A DNA stretch of 64,000 nucleotides, taken from positions 29,796-93,795 of the IMG/VR virus record IMGVR_UViG_3300045988_024527; one strand, 5' to 3'. Positions within the stretch are counted from its first letter, which is position 1. Each line of letters opens with the position of its first letter. The notes below the pieces were generated by a model. The model did no database searches, was not told the DNA's origin, and was given only the letters and a program-made list of their open reading frames with translations. This DNA is from a virus. Its lineage: Duplodnaviria; Heunggongvirae; Uroviricota; Caudoviricetes. Of this stretch, positions 21,472 to 30,293 are shown in pieces. The position numbers were made by a program, and so were the translations under genes.

Positions 21472-22541
21472 TTAACCAGCACCCAATCTTTTTAGGTGGT
21501 GAGAGAAAAACTTTTGACTCACTTAATAAGCACTACCCAAAAATCTTCGAACTTTATAAACAACAAAAAGCACAAGACTGGTCAGAAGATGAGTTCCCTT
21601 TTGAACAATCACGTCTTGATTTTGAGAGTGTCCCAGCATCAATGTCAGGGGTAATGCTTGAGATTCTTAAGTGGCAGTGGGAAGCAGATACTCAAGTCGC
21701 TAAAAGTTTAGCGTTTGCCTTTGCACCATTCATCTCCGATGACATCTATGCGACTGCAATTATGAAGCAGTCTGAGATTGAAAACCTACATGCTCTTACT
21801 TACTCAGAGATTGTAAGGCAATGTATTAAAAACCCTGAAACAATCTTAGATGAGATTAACCAGAATGTTGCTGTACAAGACCGATTAAAAACTGTGAATC
21901 GTGTTCTTGAAGAATTACTGGATGAAGGTATAAACTATCGTCTGAGTTATGTGCGTGACTCACTTCTGGACAAAGACCCTTTACACTTCCATAAAGTGAT
22001 TCTAAAAGGTCTATTTGCAGTGACTGCACTTGAAGGTATTTCTTTTATGGCATCTTTTGCATGTACTTTTGCACTTGATGCTCAAGATAAATTTCAAGGT
22101 ATTGCTCAAGCTGTACAGAAAATTATGCTTGACGAAATCCTTCACACTAAAATTGATATTGAAGTTTTAAAAGAAACTTTAAGAGATGATGAGTGGCAAA
22201 AAGCTTTCCAACAAATTCTTCCAGAGATTAAAGTAATCTTAGATGAAGTAGTTGAAAGTGAAGAGAAATGGTCGTATTATATCTTCTCCGAAGGACGTGC
22301 TGTAGTTGGGTTAAATACAAAGCTTCTTCATGAGTGGGTTTACTATAATGCTGCCCCACTGTATGATATGTTTGGCATTCCCAGAGATTTTGTAGCTCCT
22401 AAAGAACCACCTTTGAAGTATATGATTAAGAAGATGGAAATTGATAAAGAGCAGAATGCTAATCAGGAGCAACAGAACGGTGCGTATTTATTGAATACTG
22501 TTGTAGATGATTTGAATAGTGGATTTTTAGAGGTTCCTTAA
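21468..22541 (+). CDS. nrdB: ribonucleoside-diphosphate reductase beta subunit
   Basis: di-iron/tyrosyl radical protein features; start chosen at MINQHPIF (track ORF extends upstream to 21408). Confidence 0.8.
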   Translation: MINQHPIFLGGERKTFDSLNKHYPKIFELYKQQKAQDWSEDEFPFEQSRLDFESVPASMSGVMLEILKWQWEADTQVAKSLAFAFAPFISDDIYATAIMKQSEIENLHALTYSEIVRQCIKNPETILDEINQNVAVQDRLKTVNRVLEELLDEGINYRLSYVRDSLLDKDPLHFHKVILKGLFAVTALEGISFMASFACTFALDAQDKFQGIAQAVQKIMLDEILHTKIDIEVLKETLRDDEWQKAFQQILPEIKVILDEVVESEEKWSYYIFSEGRAVVGLNTKLLHEWVYYNAAPLYDMFGIPRDFVAPKEPPLKYMIKKMEIDKEQNANQEQQNGAYLLNTVVDDLNSGFLEVP

Positions 22542-22783
22542 TGACTTATGTAATTTACTCCAAAACTGGATGCCCTCAGTGTGAGACTGCAAAGAATTTT
22601 GCGAAAGCTCGTGGTATTGACCATGTTGTGAGAATGTTAGGGCAGGATTATGAACTGCCAGACCTGATGGATATTGCACAGATGCCAGTTCGTCAGATGC
22701 CATTCATCATGAAAACTGACGGTCAAAACCTAAAACCTGTTGGAACGCTACAGAATTTTATGGCAGAGGTGAATAATGCTTAA
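22541..22783 (+). CDS. glutaredoxin/NrdH-like redoxin
   Basis: 80 aa, CPQC redox motif, adjacent to RNR genes. Confidence 0.7.
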   Translation: MTYVIYSKTGCPQCETAKNFAKARGIDHVVRMLGQDYELPDLMDIAQMPVRQMPFIMKTDGQNLKPVGTLQNFMAEVNNA

Positions 22784-22982
22784 ACGCATTTTGGAAGGTT
22801 TTGTTGTTGATGCACCAGTGATTGTGATTGGTATGTTGATTGTTAACCTATTTACTGACTTTGAACAAGGTTCATTGTTTGGAGCCATGTTACTATGGGT
22901 TATCTTCGAAATATTAGAGATACAGCTAGGCATCAATGAAAAACTAAGAAAACTCGTTTCAAAGTTTTCTAAAAAGATTTAA
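22776..22982 (+). CDS. small membrane protein
   Basis: hydrophobic segments. Confidence 0.35.
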   Translation: MLKRILEGFVVDAPVIVIGMLIVNLFTDFEQGSLFGAMLLWVIFEILEIQLGINEKLRKLVSKFSKKI

Positions 22983-22988
22983 AATGAA

Positions 22989-23011
22989 AGGGTCTCTTCG
23001 GAGACCTTTTT
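22989..23011 (+). terminator. intrinsic terminator
   Basis: GGGTCTC-TTCG-GAGACC + TTTTT. Confidence 0.7.
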
Positions 23012-23030
23012 AGCATGTAAAGGGGCAATA

Positions 23031-24227
23031 ATGAACAAAGTACAGATTATTAAAAAGAATGGCTCACTTGAAGAACCTGATATCAAAAAAGTTTTAGCAG
23101 CAGTAACTAAGTCAGCTAACAGAGTTGGATATAAAGAACTCCCACCAGATGTTACCCAAGCTCTTGAGTCAGCATTTATGAGGATTCTGGTAAAGTCCAC
23201 TAAGCAGAATAATTTACTCATCTCAGTCAATGATATCCACAGCATTGTTGAGGGTGCTTTGGCAGAAGTCAATCACGAGATTTATGAGTCTTACTCAACA
23301 TATAGAAATTACCGGAAAGAGGTTGCTCAAAATTGGGATGAGCTTTACCAAAAGACTAGAGACACGCTCTTCTTAGGTGACCGTGAAAACGCTAACTTTG
23401 ACAGCAGTTTAATTTCTACAAAAGGTTCAATTATTCGTGGTTATCTGACTAAAGAAATCTTTAAACAGTACCATTTAACACCAGAGGAACTTGAAGCCAT
23501 TGAAAAAGGGTTTATCTATATCCATGATTTAAGAGACCTAATTTTTGGTGGTATCAACTGTTGCCTGTTTGACATTGGTAAAGTACTGAAAGGTGGCTTT
23601 GAAATGTCTGGCATCGAATACTGTGAACCGAAGTCTGTGCTGTCAGCCTTACAGGTTATTGGTGATGTAGTTCTTTCAGCAACTGCACAGCAATTTGGTG
23701 GCTTTACTTTAGCAGAGATTGATAAGGTACTTGTACCGTATGCTAAGAAGTCTCTACGCTATCATGCTGAGAAAGCAGCATCTTACGGTATTCCTAAAGA
23801 ACATTACCACAATTATGTCATGGAGCAGCTACAGATTGAACTGACTCAAGGTTTCCAGTCACTTGAAATGAAACTAAACACTGTACCTTGTAGTCGTGGG
23901 GATTTTGCATTTACAACTTTGACATTTGGGTTACTTGACTCAGATATGTCTAATGAAGATAATCGACTGCAATACATGATTGCAAGTACTCTCCTAGATG
24001 TTCGTATGAATGGACAAGGTAAGAGCAAGAAGCCTGTTGTATTCCCTAAACTGGTTTATATTTATGACCAGAAGAGACACGATGAGAATATCTGTCAAGG
24101 ACACCTGTACAGTAAAGCCATTGAGTGTTGCTCTAAAGCGATGTATCCAGATTTCTTAAGTGTATCTGGTCATGGTGCTGTAGCAGAGGCTTTTGAGCGT
24201 TCTGGTAAGGTTATTTCACCGATGGGT
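23031..24227 (+). CDS. nrdD: anaerobic ribonucleoside-triphosphate reductase, exon 1
   Basis: ends ...SPMG then in-frame TAA; C-terminal half resumes in frame at 24970. Confidence 0.75.
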
Positions 24228-24969
24228 TAACAGGCTCTATAGCTCATCTAAAACGTGCCTAAACAGGGAAACTCTACAGATGTAGACAATCCTGTGCTAA
24301 ATGATGTACGATGTAAGAAACTATACAACATAGGAGTCTTACATGCCAAACTATCACGTCACTGAAGATGGAAAAGTCTTTAGGGAAAATGGTGTAGAAC
24401 TTACGCAGTGGAAATCCAACACTGGGTATATGAAAGTGAGGTTTTACGGTAAGAAGAATCGTGACATGTATGTCCACAGGTTAGTTGCTGAGAAATATGT
24501 ACCTAACCCGAATAATCTTCCAATTGTAAAACATAAGGACGATAACAAACTAAATAACCACGCATCTAACTTAGAATGGGGTACTCATTCTGAGAATGCT
24601 AAAGAGGGTTATGAGAACGGATGTTACAAGTTCCACAAGCGTTCATATGCCGTGAAAGCCACACACAAAGTGACAAAGGAAGTTATTGTTGCTAAGTCAA
24701 TACGAGAGTTATCCAATATACTTGGACACAATCGCAAGACCATCTCTTCAATATTGAAGGGTGTAAAAGAGCATAATAACTTCGAATATGAGTTTGAATA
24801 CATCTAAATGCCGAACGACTAACCGTGATGAATGTAGCGGTGTAGGGTCAAGCGACTCGAAATGGTACGCTACTTAGAAATAAGTAGAAGATATAGTCTG
24901 GACTTACTGGCGACAGTAAGCAGCTTGAATAAAGCGGGGTAAGCTTAGCGAACTTACCTGAACAACAAG
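24228..24969 (+). mobile_element. putative group I self-splicing intron in nrdD
   Basis: 742 bp insert splitting one conserved protein; stop codon at 5' junction after U; ends in G; contains HNH ORF; core-like segments GTAGGGTCAAGCGACTCGAAA and AGATATAGTC. Confidence 0.55.
24343..24807 (+). CDS. HNH homing endonuclease (intron-encoded)
   Basis: VHRLVAEKY..HKDDNKLNNHASNLEWGTHSEN HNH motif. Confidence 0.7.
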   Translation: MPNYHVTEDGKVFRENGVELTQWKSNTGYMKVRFYGKKNRDMYVHRLVAEKYVPNPNNLPIVKHKDDNKLNNHASNLEWGTHSENAKEGYENGCYKFHKRSYAVKATHKVTKEVIVAKSIRELSNILGHNRKTISSILKGVKEHNNFEYEFEYI

Positions 24970-25917
24970 TGTAGAGCGTTTTTATCACCATATCTTAACG
25001 ATAATGGGGAAGAGTTCTATGTAGGTCGTGCTAACATTGGTGCTGTGTCTTTGAACTTACCAATGATTTACCAGTATTCTAAAGAGAATGGTTTAGATTT
25101 CTGGAAAGAGCTTGATAAGTACCTAGAGATGATTCGTAGTTTCCACAAGAAACGCTATGAAATGATTGCCAATATGCCAGCAAGTTCTAACCCTCTTGCA
25201 TTTACACAAGGTGGTCTGTACAAAGGAACTAAGAAGCCTACTGACAAGGTTGGTTGGGATATTGTGAAGTCCTTCACAGCTTCTTTTGGGGTTACTGCGC
25301 TTGATGAGCTATCTGTTCTTGCTGAAGGTAAACGACTTCATGAAGTTGGAAGCTATAGTTTTGCATATGATGTTCTGGCATACATCAATATGAAAACTGA
25401 AGAGTTTAAGAACGAAGATGGCTTCTTGTATGCGGTATATGGCACTCCAGCAGAATCACTTTGTGGAACTCAGTTAAAACAGTTCAGAGATATGTTTGGC
25501 GTTATTAAAGGTGTCTCTGACAAGGAATACTTTACAAACAGTTTCCATATGAATGTTGCAGCAGACATCTCACCATTTGAGAAGCAGGACTTAGAAGAGC
25601 CATTCTTCCATATCTGTAGAGGTGGTAGAATCCAGTATGTAAGGGTAGCTAACCCAGAAAACTTACCAGCACTTAAAAGTTGTATTACAAGAGGGATGTT
25701 GAAGGGTTTTTATCAGGGACTTAACTTTGACTTAGCAATCTGTGAACATTGTGGTAACAGACCAAAAGCTGATGTTGAAGAATGTGAGGTTTGTCATTCA
25801 CATGATATCTCTGTGATTAACAGGGTGTGCGGATACTTATCATTCACAAAAATTAAAGGCCAGTCTCGAATGAATGACGCTAAGATGGCAGAAATTAAGG
25901 ATAGGATTTCTATGTAA
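24970..25917 (+). CDS. nrdD: anaerobic ribonucleoside-triphosphate reductase, exon 2
   Basis: open frame from 24949; GRANIGAVSLNLP matches conserved NrdD region; C-terminal CEHCG..CEVCHSHD cysteine cluster and glycyl-radical region. Confidence 0.7.
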   Translation, partial: CRAFLSPYLNDNGEEFYVGRANIGAVSLNLPMIYQYSKENGLDFWKELDKYLEMIRSFHKKRYEMIANMPASSNPLAFTQGGLYKGTKKPTDKVGWDIVKSFTASFGVTALDELSVLAEGKRLHEVGSYSFAYDVLAYINMKTEEFKNEDGFLYAVYGTPAESLCGTQLKQFRDMFGVIKGVSDKEYFTNSFHMNVAADISPFEKQDLEEPFFHICRGGRIQYVRVANPENLPALKSCITRGMLKGFYQGLNFDLAICEHCGNRPKADVEECEVCHSHDISVINRVCGYLSFTKIKGQSRMNDAKMAEIKDRISM

Positions 25918-26070
25918 AACTTGACAAGGTGATGTGGGTCTTGATAGGCTTACATCACCTTTTTATTGGATGTTATATATGGCAGAGAGTATTATTGGGT
26001 TGTTCATAGGTTCTGTCTTACTAGGGTTCTTTTTAGGACTCTCTTATTGTGAGTTGAGAGGCAAGTTAAA

Positions 26071-26271
26071 ATGTTTAAGATATCAAAAACGATGATATAC
26101 ATACTCCGCACTCTAACCTTCTTCTTTGGGGTTAGTGTTATGGTATGGGGTTTTTCAGACCCACAATGGAGTTTCTCATATCATGGTCAGATGGACTTAT
26201 GGTCATGCTTCAAACCATTTTTAGGGTTAGCTATAGCATTCAGTGCATTACCAACTAAGGTGAAATTATGA
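26071..26271 (+). CDS. small membrane protein
   Basis: 66 aa hydrophobic ORF. Confidence 0.35.
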   Translation: MFKISKTMIYILRTLTFFFGVSVMVWGFSDPQWSFSYHGQMDLWSCFKPFLGLAIAFSALPTKVKL

Positions 26272-26663
26272 TTAAGTTGAGCCAAAAACAGTTAGAGTGG
26301 ATTAAGGATTACACCTCAGAGTGTGGCTCTTGTGAAAAGAATCACGTAAGGTACTCAACATTCCACACGGTCTTCACATTGTACATCAGCGACAACGTTC
26401 TAAGTGATTCTGTAGAAGATGGTGTAACATTACCGAATGAGCTACTTGATAAATTAGCTGTAGTCACTGGAACTTGGTCTGAAGAAGACGGTCATGAACT
26501 ATCTAACGATGTTGTCTTCTACAGTCTTGAAAACATTATGAATCCAGAGTACATTATGCTAATGACTTGTGCACAAGACTGTGTGCCATTACAAAACTTC
26601 ATTAAAGAGCACTGTGAAGAGTTTATTACTAAACAGGTTCCCTGTCAGGTGGTGTTTGAATGA
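26268..26663 (+). CDS. hypothetical protein
   Basis: 131 aa ORF. Confidence 0.45.
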   Translation: MIKLSQKQLEWIKDYTSECGSCEKNHVRYSTFHTVFTLYISDNVLSDSVEDGVTLPNELLDKLAVVTGTWSEEDGHELSNDVVFYSLENIMNPEYIMLMTCAQDCVPLQNFIKEHCEEFITKQVPCQVVFE

Positions 26664-26722
26664 GTAAAACAATTCGAAGAAAAGGTTTAAAGAGCGTTTA
26701 TATGTATTGGTGAGGTAACTAG

Positions 26723-27208
26723 ATGAATTACATGGAGATTAGACCATTTGACACAGCTAATGGTGAAGGGGTTCGTGTAAGCCTCTTCGTAGCTGGCTGT
26801 AAACATCACTGTGAAGGCTGCTTTAACAGGGAGTCTTGGAAGTTTAATGCTGGTAAAGAGTTTACTTATGCAAACCTCTACGGCATCATTAAGTTAATGG
26901 ATGATAAGGCCATTAGTGGGTTGTCAATACTTGGTGGAGAGCCTCTGGATGACAGAAACATTCAAGAGGTCACCAACATATGCAAACGTATTAAAACTGT
27001 TTACCCAGAAAAATCTATATGGCTTTGGACAGGTTTTCAGTTACACGAAAAAATCCACCTAGATGTGATGAAATATGTTGACGTGGTGATTGATGGTAAG
27101 TATGATTCTTCTAAACCAACGAACAAACCATATCGTGGTTCAGACAACCAAAACTTGTGGAGAAAAGAATATGGGTGGCAAGGCGACTGTCAGTGGAGAG
27201 CAGAGTAG
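26723..27208 (+). CDS. nrdG: anaerobic RNR activating enzyme (radical SAM)
   Basis: CKHHCEGC radical-SAM cysteine motif, about 160 aa, downstream of nrdD. Confidence 0.85.
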   Translation: MNYMEIRPFDTANGEGVRVSLFVAGCKHHCEGCFNRESWKFNAGKEFTYANLYGIIKLMDDKAISGLSILGGEPLDDRNIQEVTNICKRIKTVYPEKSIWLWTGFQLHEKIHLDVMKYVDVVIDGKYDSSKPTNKPYRGSDNQNLWRKEYGWQGDCQWRAE

Positions 27209-27449
27209 CTACTCCGGTAAGTGGACTTATAATATTAACTCACTTGATGAGTGGATGGTAAAGACCCATGAGAAGTTTGGGAAAAGTGGGTTAGTAGCTC
27301 TAGCAGAGGTTGTTAAACGTGTTACTTTCCACGTTGATTCAGAAAGCGCATTTAATGATGGACAGACATTTTTCACTGACGTAGCATACGGAGATGTTCA
27401 AGTTGGTATTGAAAAAGAAGAACTAGACCAGTTCTGTATTAAACTTTAA
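27090..27449 (+). CDS. hypothetical protein (start probably internal)
   Basis: ORF overlapping nrdG 3' end. Confidence 0.35.
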   Translation: MMVSMILLNQRTNHIVVQTTKTCGEKNMGGKATVSGEQSSYSGKWTYNINSLDEWMVKTHEKFGKSGLVALAEVVKRVTFHVDSESAFNDGQTFFTDVAYGDVQVGIEKEELDQFCIKL

Positions 27450-27464
27450 TGAGAGAGACTAAAA

Positions 27465-27722
27465 ATGGGAATTTTAGGTAATATGAAAGCTGGCTTCTTG
27501 AAGCCACTGGCAAAAGCAGCAGCAATCATTGCTATGACTGGAAAGCAGGTTGGTGTCGATGCTTCAGCAGTTGCACAAGTTCTTGCAAGCCAAATTGAAC
27601 AGCAGCCTTACATCTACGTAGGACGTGGAAAAGGTGGTAAAAAACAAGCACATCGACCAACTGGTGCAGCAGCAATTAAACGTGCAGCTAAGAAAGCTCG
27701 TAACCGTAAACGCAACAAGTAA
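27465..27722 (+). CDS. hypothetical protein
   Basis: 85 aa, basic C-terminus. Confidence 0.4.
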   Translation: MGILGNMKAGFLKPLAKAAAIIAMTGKQVGVDASAVAQVLASQIEQQPYIYVGRGKGGKKQAHRPTGAAAIKRAAKKARNRKRNK

Positions 27723-27733
27723 GGATAACCAAA

Positions 27734-28045
27734 ATGGAAAAGATTTATAACACTCGTAAAATTCAGATTTCTATTCTGTGTCAGTTTATGGCTGATAAGC
27801 ACAATTCACATTATTGTGGCACAGGTTTCCTTACTCTTGGCGGCGGTTACATTAGCTTCAAAGAGGCTGTAAAGATGTACAATGAGCACCCTGAAGATGA
27901 TAAAGAGCTGAAGCAGCTTAAACTTTCTTATGATAAGAAACGTAAGAAAATAATCTGCTTGAACAACCTTATCAAGCCAACTGAAAAGGTCTATGATGCA
28001 ATTGGTGAAGAAGGTTTCTTCAAAGTATTGAAATTAGTTCAGTAA
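27734..28045 (+). CDS. hypothetical protein
   Basis: 103 aa ORF. Confidence 0.4.
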   Translation: MEKIYNTRKIQISILCQFMADKHNSHYCGTGFLTLGGGYISFKEAVKMYNEHPEDDKELKQLKLSYDKKRKKIICLNNLIKPTEKVYDAIGEEGFFKVLKLVQ

Positions 28046-28058
28046 GAGTCTATGATTA

Positions 28059-28084
28059 GGGAACTGTAAAGGTTCCCTTTTTAT
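28059..28084 (+). terminator. intrinsic terminator
   Basis: GGGAAC-TGTAAAG-GTTCCC + TTTTT. Confidence 0.65.
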
Positions 28085-28096
28085 TTTGGAGATAAT

Positions 28097-28612
28097 ATGT
28101 ACCTGTCAAACCTGAAACGTTCGGCTGCAATGTCAGTGTTAAGGCTCAGCTTTGAGGAACGTCAAGAGTTCATTGACTCCCACCAATATGACCCTTCCAA
28201 CTCCAATCACATGATTCTCTGGAATCGTGAGAGTACTCGTGAAAGAGCACTATTCCGCTATTACCCACATTACACCATAGATAACCTGTATGAATGTTTT
28301 GTTGTGAAGAACACCATTACAGTACTCAATAAGCTTTGCAGATACACAGGTAACCAGTCCTTCACATTAGGCCACCACAAGCCTGTTACAAAAGGTGGTG
28401 AACATCACTGTGCAAACTGGTTTATCCAGACTAAAGCTGATAATCAGAAGCAAGGAGATAGACTTTTAAGCACCTCTAAGATGACCTATGAAGAGCAAGA
28501 GAAATATATCAAAAACAATATGCCAGATGTGCTTGACAACAGCTATACAGATTTGGCAATATCTCTCCTGTTGAAGTTCGAGACAGTTTATAGGGCAACT
28601 TACAATGGCTAA
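28097..28612 (+). CDS. HNH endonuclease
   Basis: GHHKPVTKGGEHHCANWFIQTKADN HNH-like motif. Confidence 0.55.
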   Translation: MYLSNLKRSAAMSVLRLSFEERQEFIDSHQYDPSNSNHMILWNRESTRERALFRYYPHYTIDNLYECFVVKNTITVLNKLCRYTGNQSFTLGHHKPVTKGGEHHCANWFIQTKADNQKQGDRLLSTSKMTYEEQEKYIKNNMPDVLDNSYTDLAISLLLKFETVYRATYNG

Positions 28613-28883
28613 AGCAGATTGGGAAATAAAAGACCTAATAAGTGATGCTGGAAATGGTTGTGAGATGTATATGATTCGTGGCCATATACCAGACCCATTA
28701 GCTCTTGAGATGATTGACCGTCACACAAACGGATTCTACAAAGAACTAGGTGAACCAAATGTTGAACGCACTTGGACAAAACCAGTACCAGATAGCACAG
28801 GCAACTGTTCAGTAATCTATCACATTGTGAATCCACAAAAATGCAAAACAGCTATGGCTGTGACATTCGTAACTTTTGATTGA
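28605..28883 (+). CDS. hypothetical protein
   Basis: 92 aa ORF. Confidence 0.35.
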   Translation: MAKADWEIKDLISDAGNGCEMYMIRGHIPDPLALEMIDRHTNGFYKELGEPNVERTWTKPVPDSTGNCSVIYHIVNPQKCKTAMAVTFVTFD

Positions 28884-29775
28884 GAGTAAAACTATGAAAA
28901 CATCTATCCGTGTTATAATTCATTCACCGACAAAAGGGTCTCATGAAGAAGAGTTTAACCTCATCCAGTTCCCTTCTGGTGAGATTGGTGGACACTTTTC
29001 ACAAGAGCTTGTTGACTTTACTGCTCACGCAGCATCATCCATCAACAATGTGATTATGATTGTAAAAGGTTATGATAAAGACACATTGTTTGCTGTGGCA
29101 CTTGCTAAAGAAGCAATTGATGATTTAGTTCCTCATGAATATGCCTTAAAGACTGTCATTTTTTACTACTTACCAAATGCACGATATGACCGTCACATGT
29201 TTAAAGGTGATGCAGCAGCTTTGAAGGTTTTTGCTAAACAGGTTAATGCAATGGGGTTTGGTGCAGTCTGTGCAGTTGACCCTCACAGTTATGTACCAGA
29301 CAACCTATTTAACTGCTTCCAAAGCATTCCTCAAAAGGAAGTCGCAGTTCACTATGCGAATGACCCTCTGGTTGATTACTTAGTAGCCCCAGATGCAGGT
29401 GCTTCTAAGAAGATTGCAGAGACTGCTAAAGAGGTGGATAAACCATACATCACAATGTCTAAAGTACGTAACCTTAAGACTGGTGAAATTACTGGTATGC
29501 GAATCCTTGATGATGTTGATTTGACCGATAAAACTGTTATGATTCTCGACGATATCTGTGATGGTGGTCGAACATTCATAGAAGCAGCTAAACATCTTCG
29601 TGAAGCAGGTGCAAAACGTGTGGAACTCTATGTAACACATGGTATCTTCTCTAAAGGTGTTGAAAACCTTCTTGACAATGGTATTGACCACATTTACACT
29701 ACAAACTCTTTAGGGGAAGCTAAAGACCGTGGCTTAACACATTATGGTCAAGTTACTGTAGCAAACCTTGATTAG
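28876..29775 (+). CDS. ribose-phosphate pyrophosphokinase family protein (PRPP synthetase-like; possible ADPR-PP synthetase)
   Basis: PRPP-binding motif MILDDICDGGRT, VAPDAGASKK. Confidence 0.75.
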   Translation: MIESKTMKTSIRVIIHSPTKGSHEEEFNLIQFPSGEIGGHFSQELVDFTAHAASSINNVIMIVKGYDKDTLFAVALAKEAIDDLVPHEYALKTVIFYYLPNARYDRHMFKGDAAALKVFAKQVNAMGFGAVCAVDPHSYVPDNLFNCFQSIPQKEVAVHYANDPLVDYLVAPDAGASKKIAETAKEVDKPYITMSKVRNLKTGEITGMRILDDVDLTDKTVMILDDICDGGRTFIEAAKHLREAGAKRVELYVTHGIFSKGVENLLDNGIDHIYTTNSLGEAKDRGLTHYGQVTVANLD

Positions 29776-29783
29776 GTATTAAA

Positions 29784-30275
29784 ATGGATAAGGGTTACTT
29801 CGAAAAATACCTAATATACGAACCGGAGACAGGTTTACTAATTTGGAAAGTAACCCTTTGCAATACCGCTATTGCTGGTAATGTTGCTGGCACAAGGTCT
29901 AAGAAGGGTTATATCCAAGTCCAGATAAATAAGAAGAGGTACTATGCACATAATATTGCATGGATTATGTCTGGAGGTGAGATACCAAGTGGATATGAGA
30001 TAGACCACATAGACCTTGATAAATCTAATAATAAGTTGGAGAATTTAAGACTTAGCACAAAATCACAAAATCAGAGGAATAGGGGTATATACAAGAATAA
30101 TAAAACTGGTGTGAAGGGTGTAAGTTTTTGTAAACAAACAGGTCTTTACAAAGCAAGAGTCATGCTTTACCATAAAGAATACTTTTGTGGAAGATTTAAA
30201 ACGGTAGAAGAAGCAAAAGAAGCTGTAATTAAAAAGCGAATAGAACTTCATGGTGAGTTTGCAAGACATAACTAA
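29784..30275 (+). CDS. HNH homing endonuclease with AP2 domain
   Basis: YEPETGLLIW, YAHNIAWIM..IDHIDLDKSNNKLENLR, GVKGVSF AP2-like. Confidence 0.8.
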   Translation: MDKGYFEKYLIYEPETGLLIWKVTLCNTAIAGNVAGTRSKKGYIQVQINKKRYYAHNIAWIMSGGEIPSGYEIDHIDLDKSNNKLENLRLSTKSQNQRNRGIYKNNKTGVKGVSFCKQTGLYKARVMLYHKEYFCGRFKTVEEAKEAVIKKRIELHGEFARHN

Positions 30276-30293
30276 GAGAGAGAGAGATAAAAT

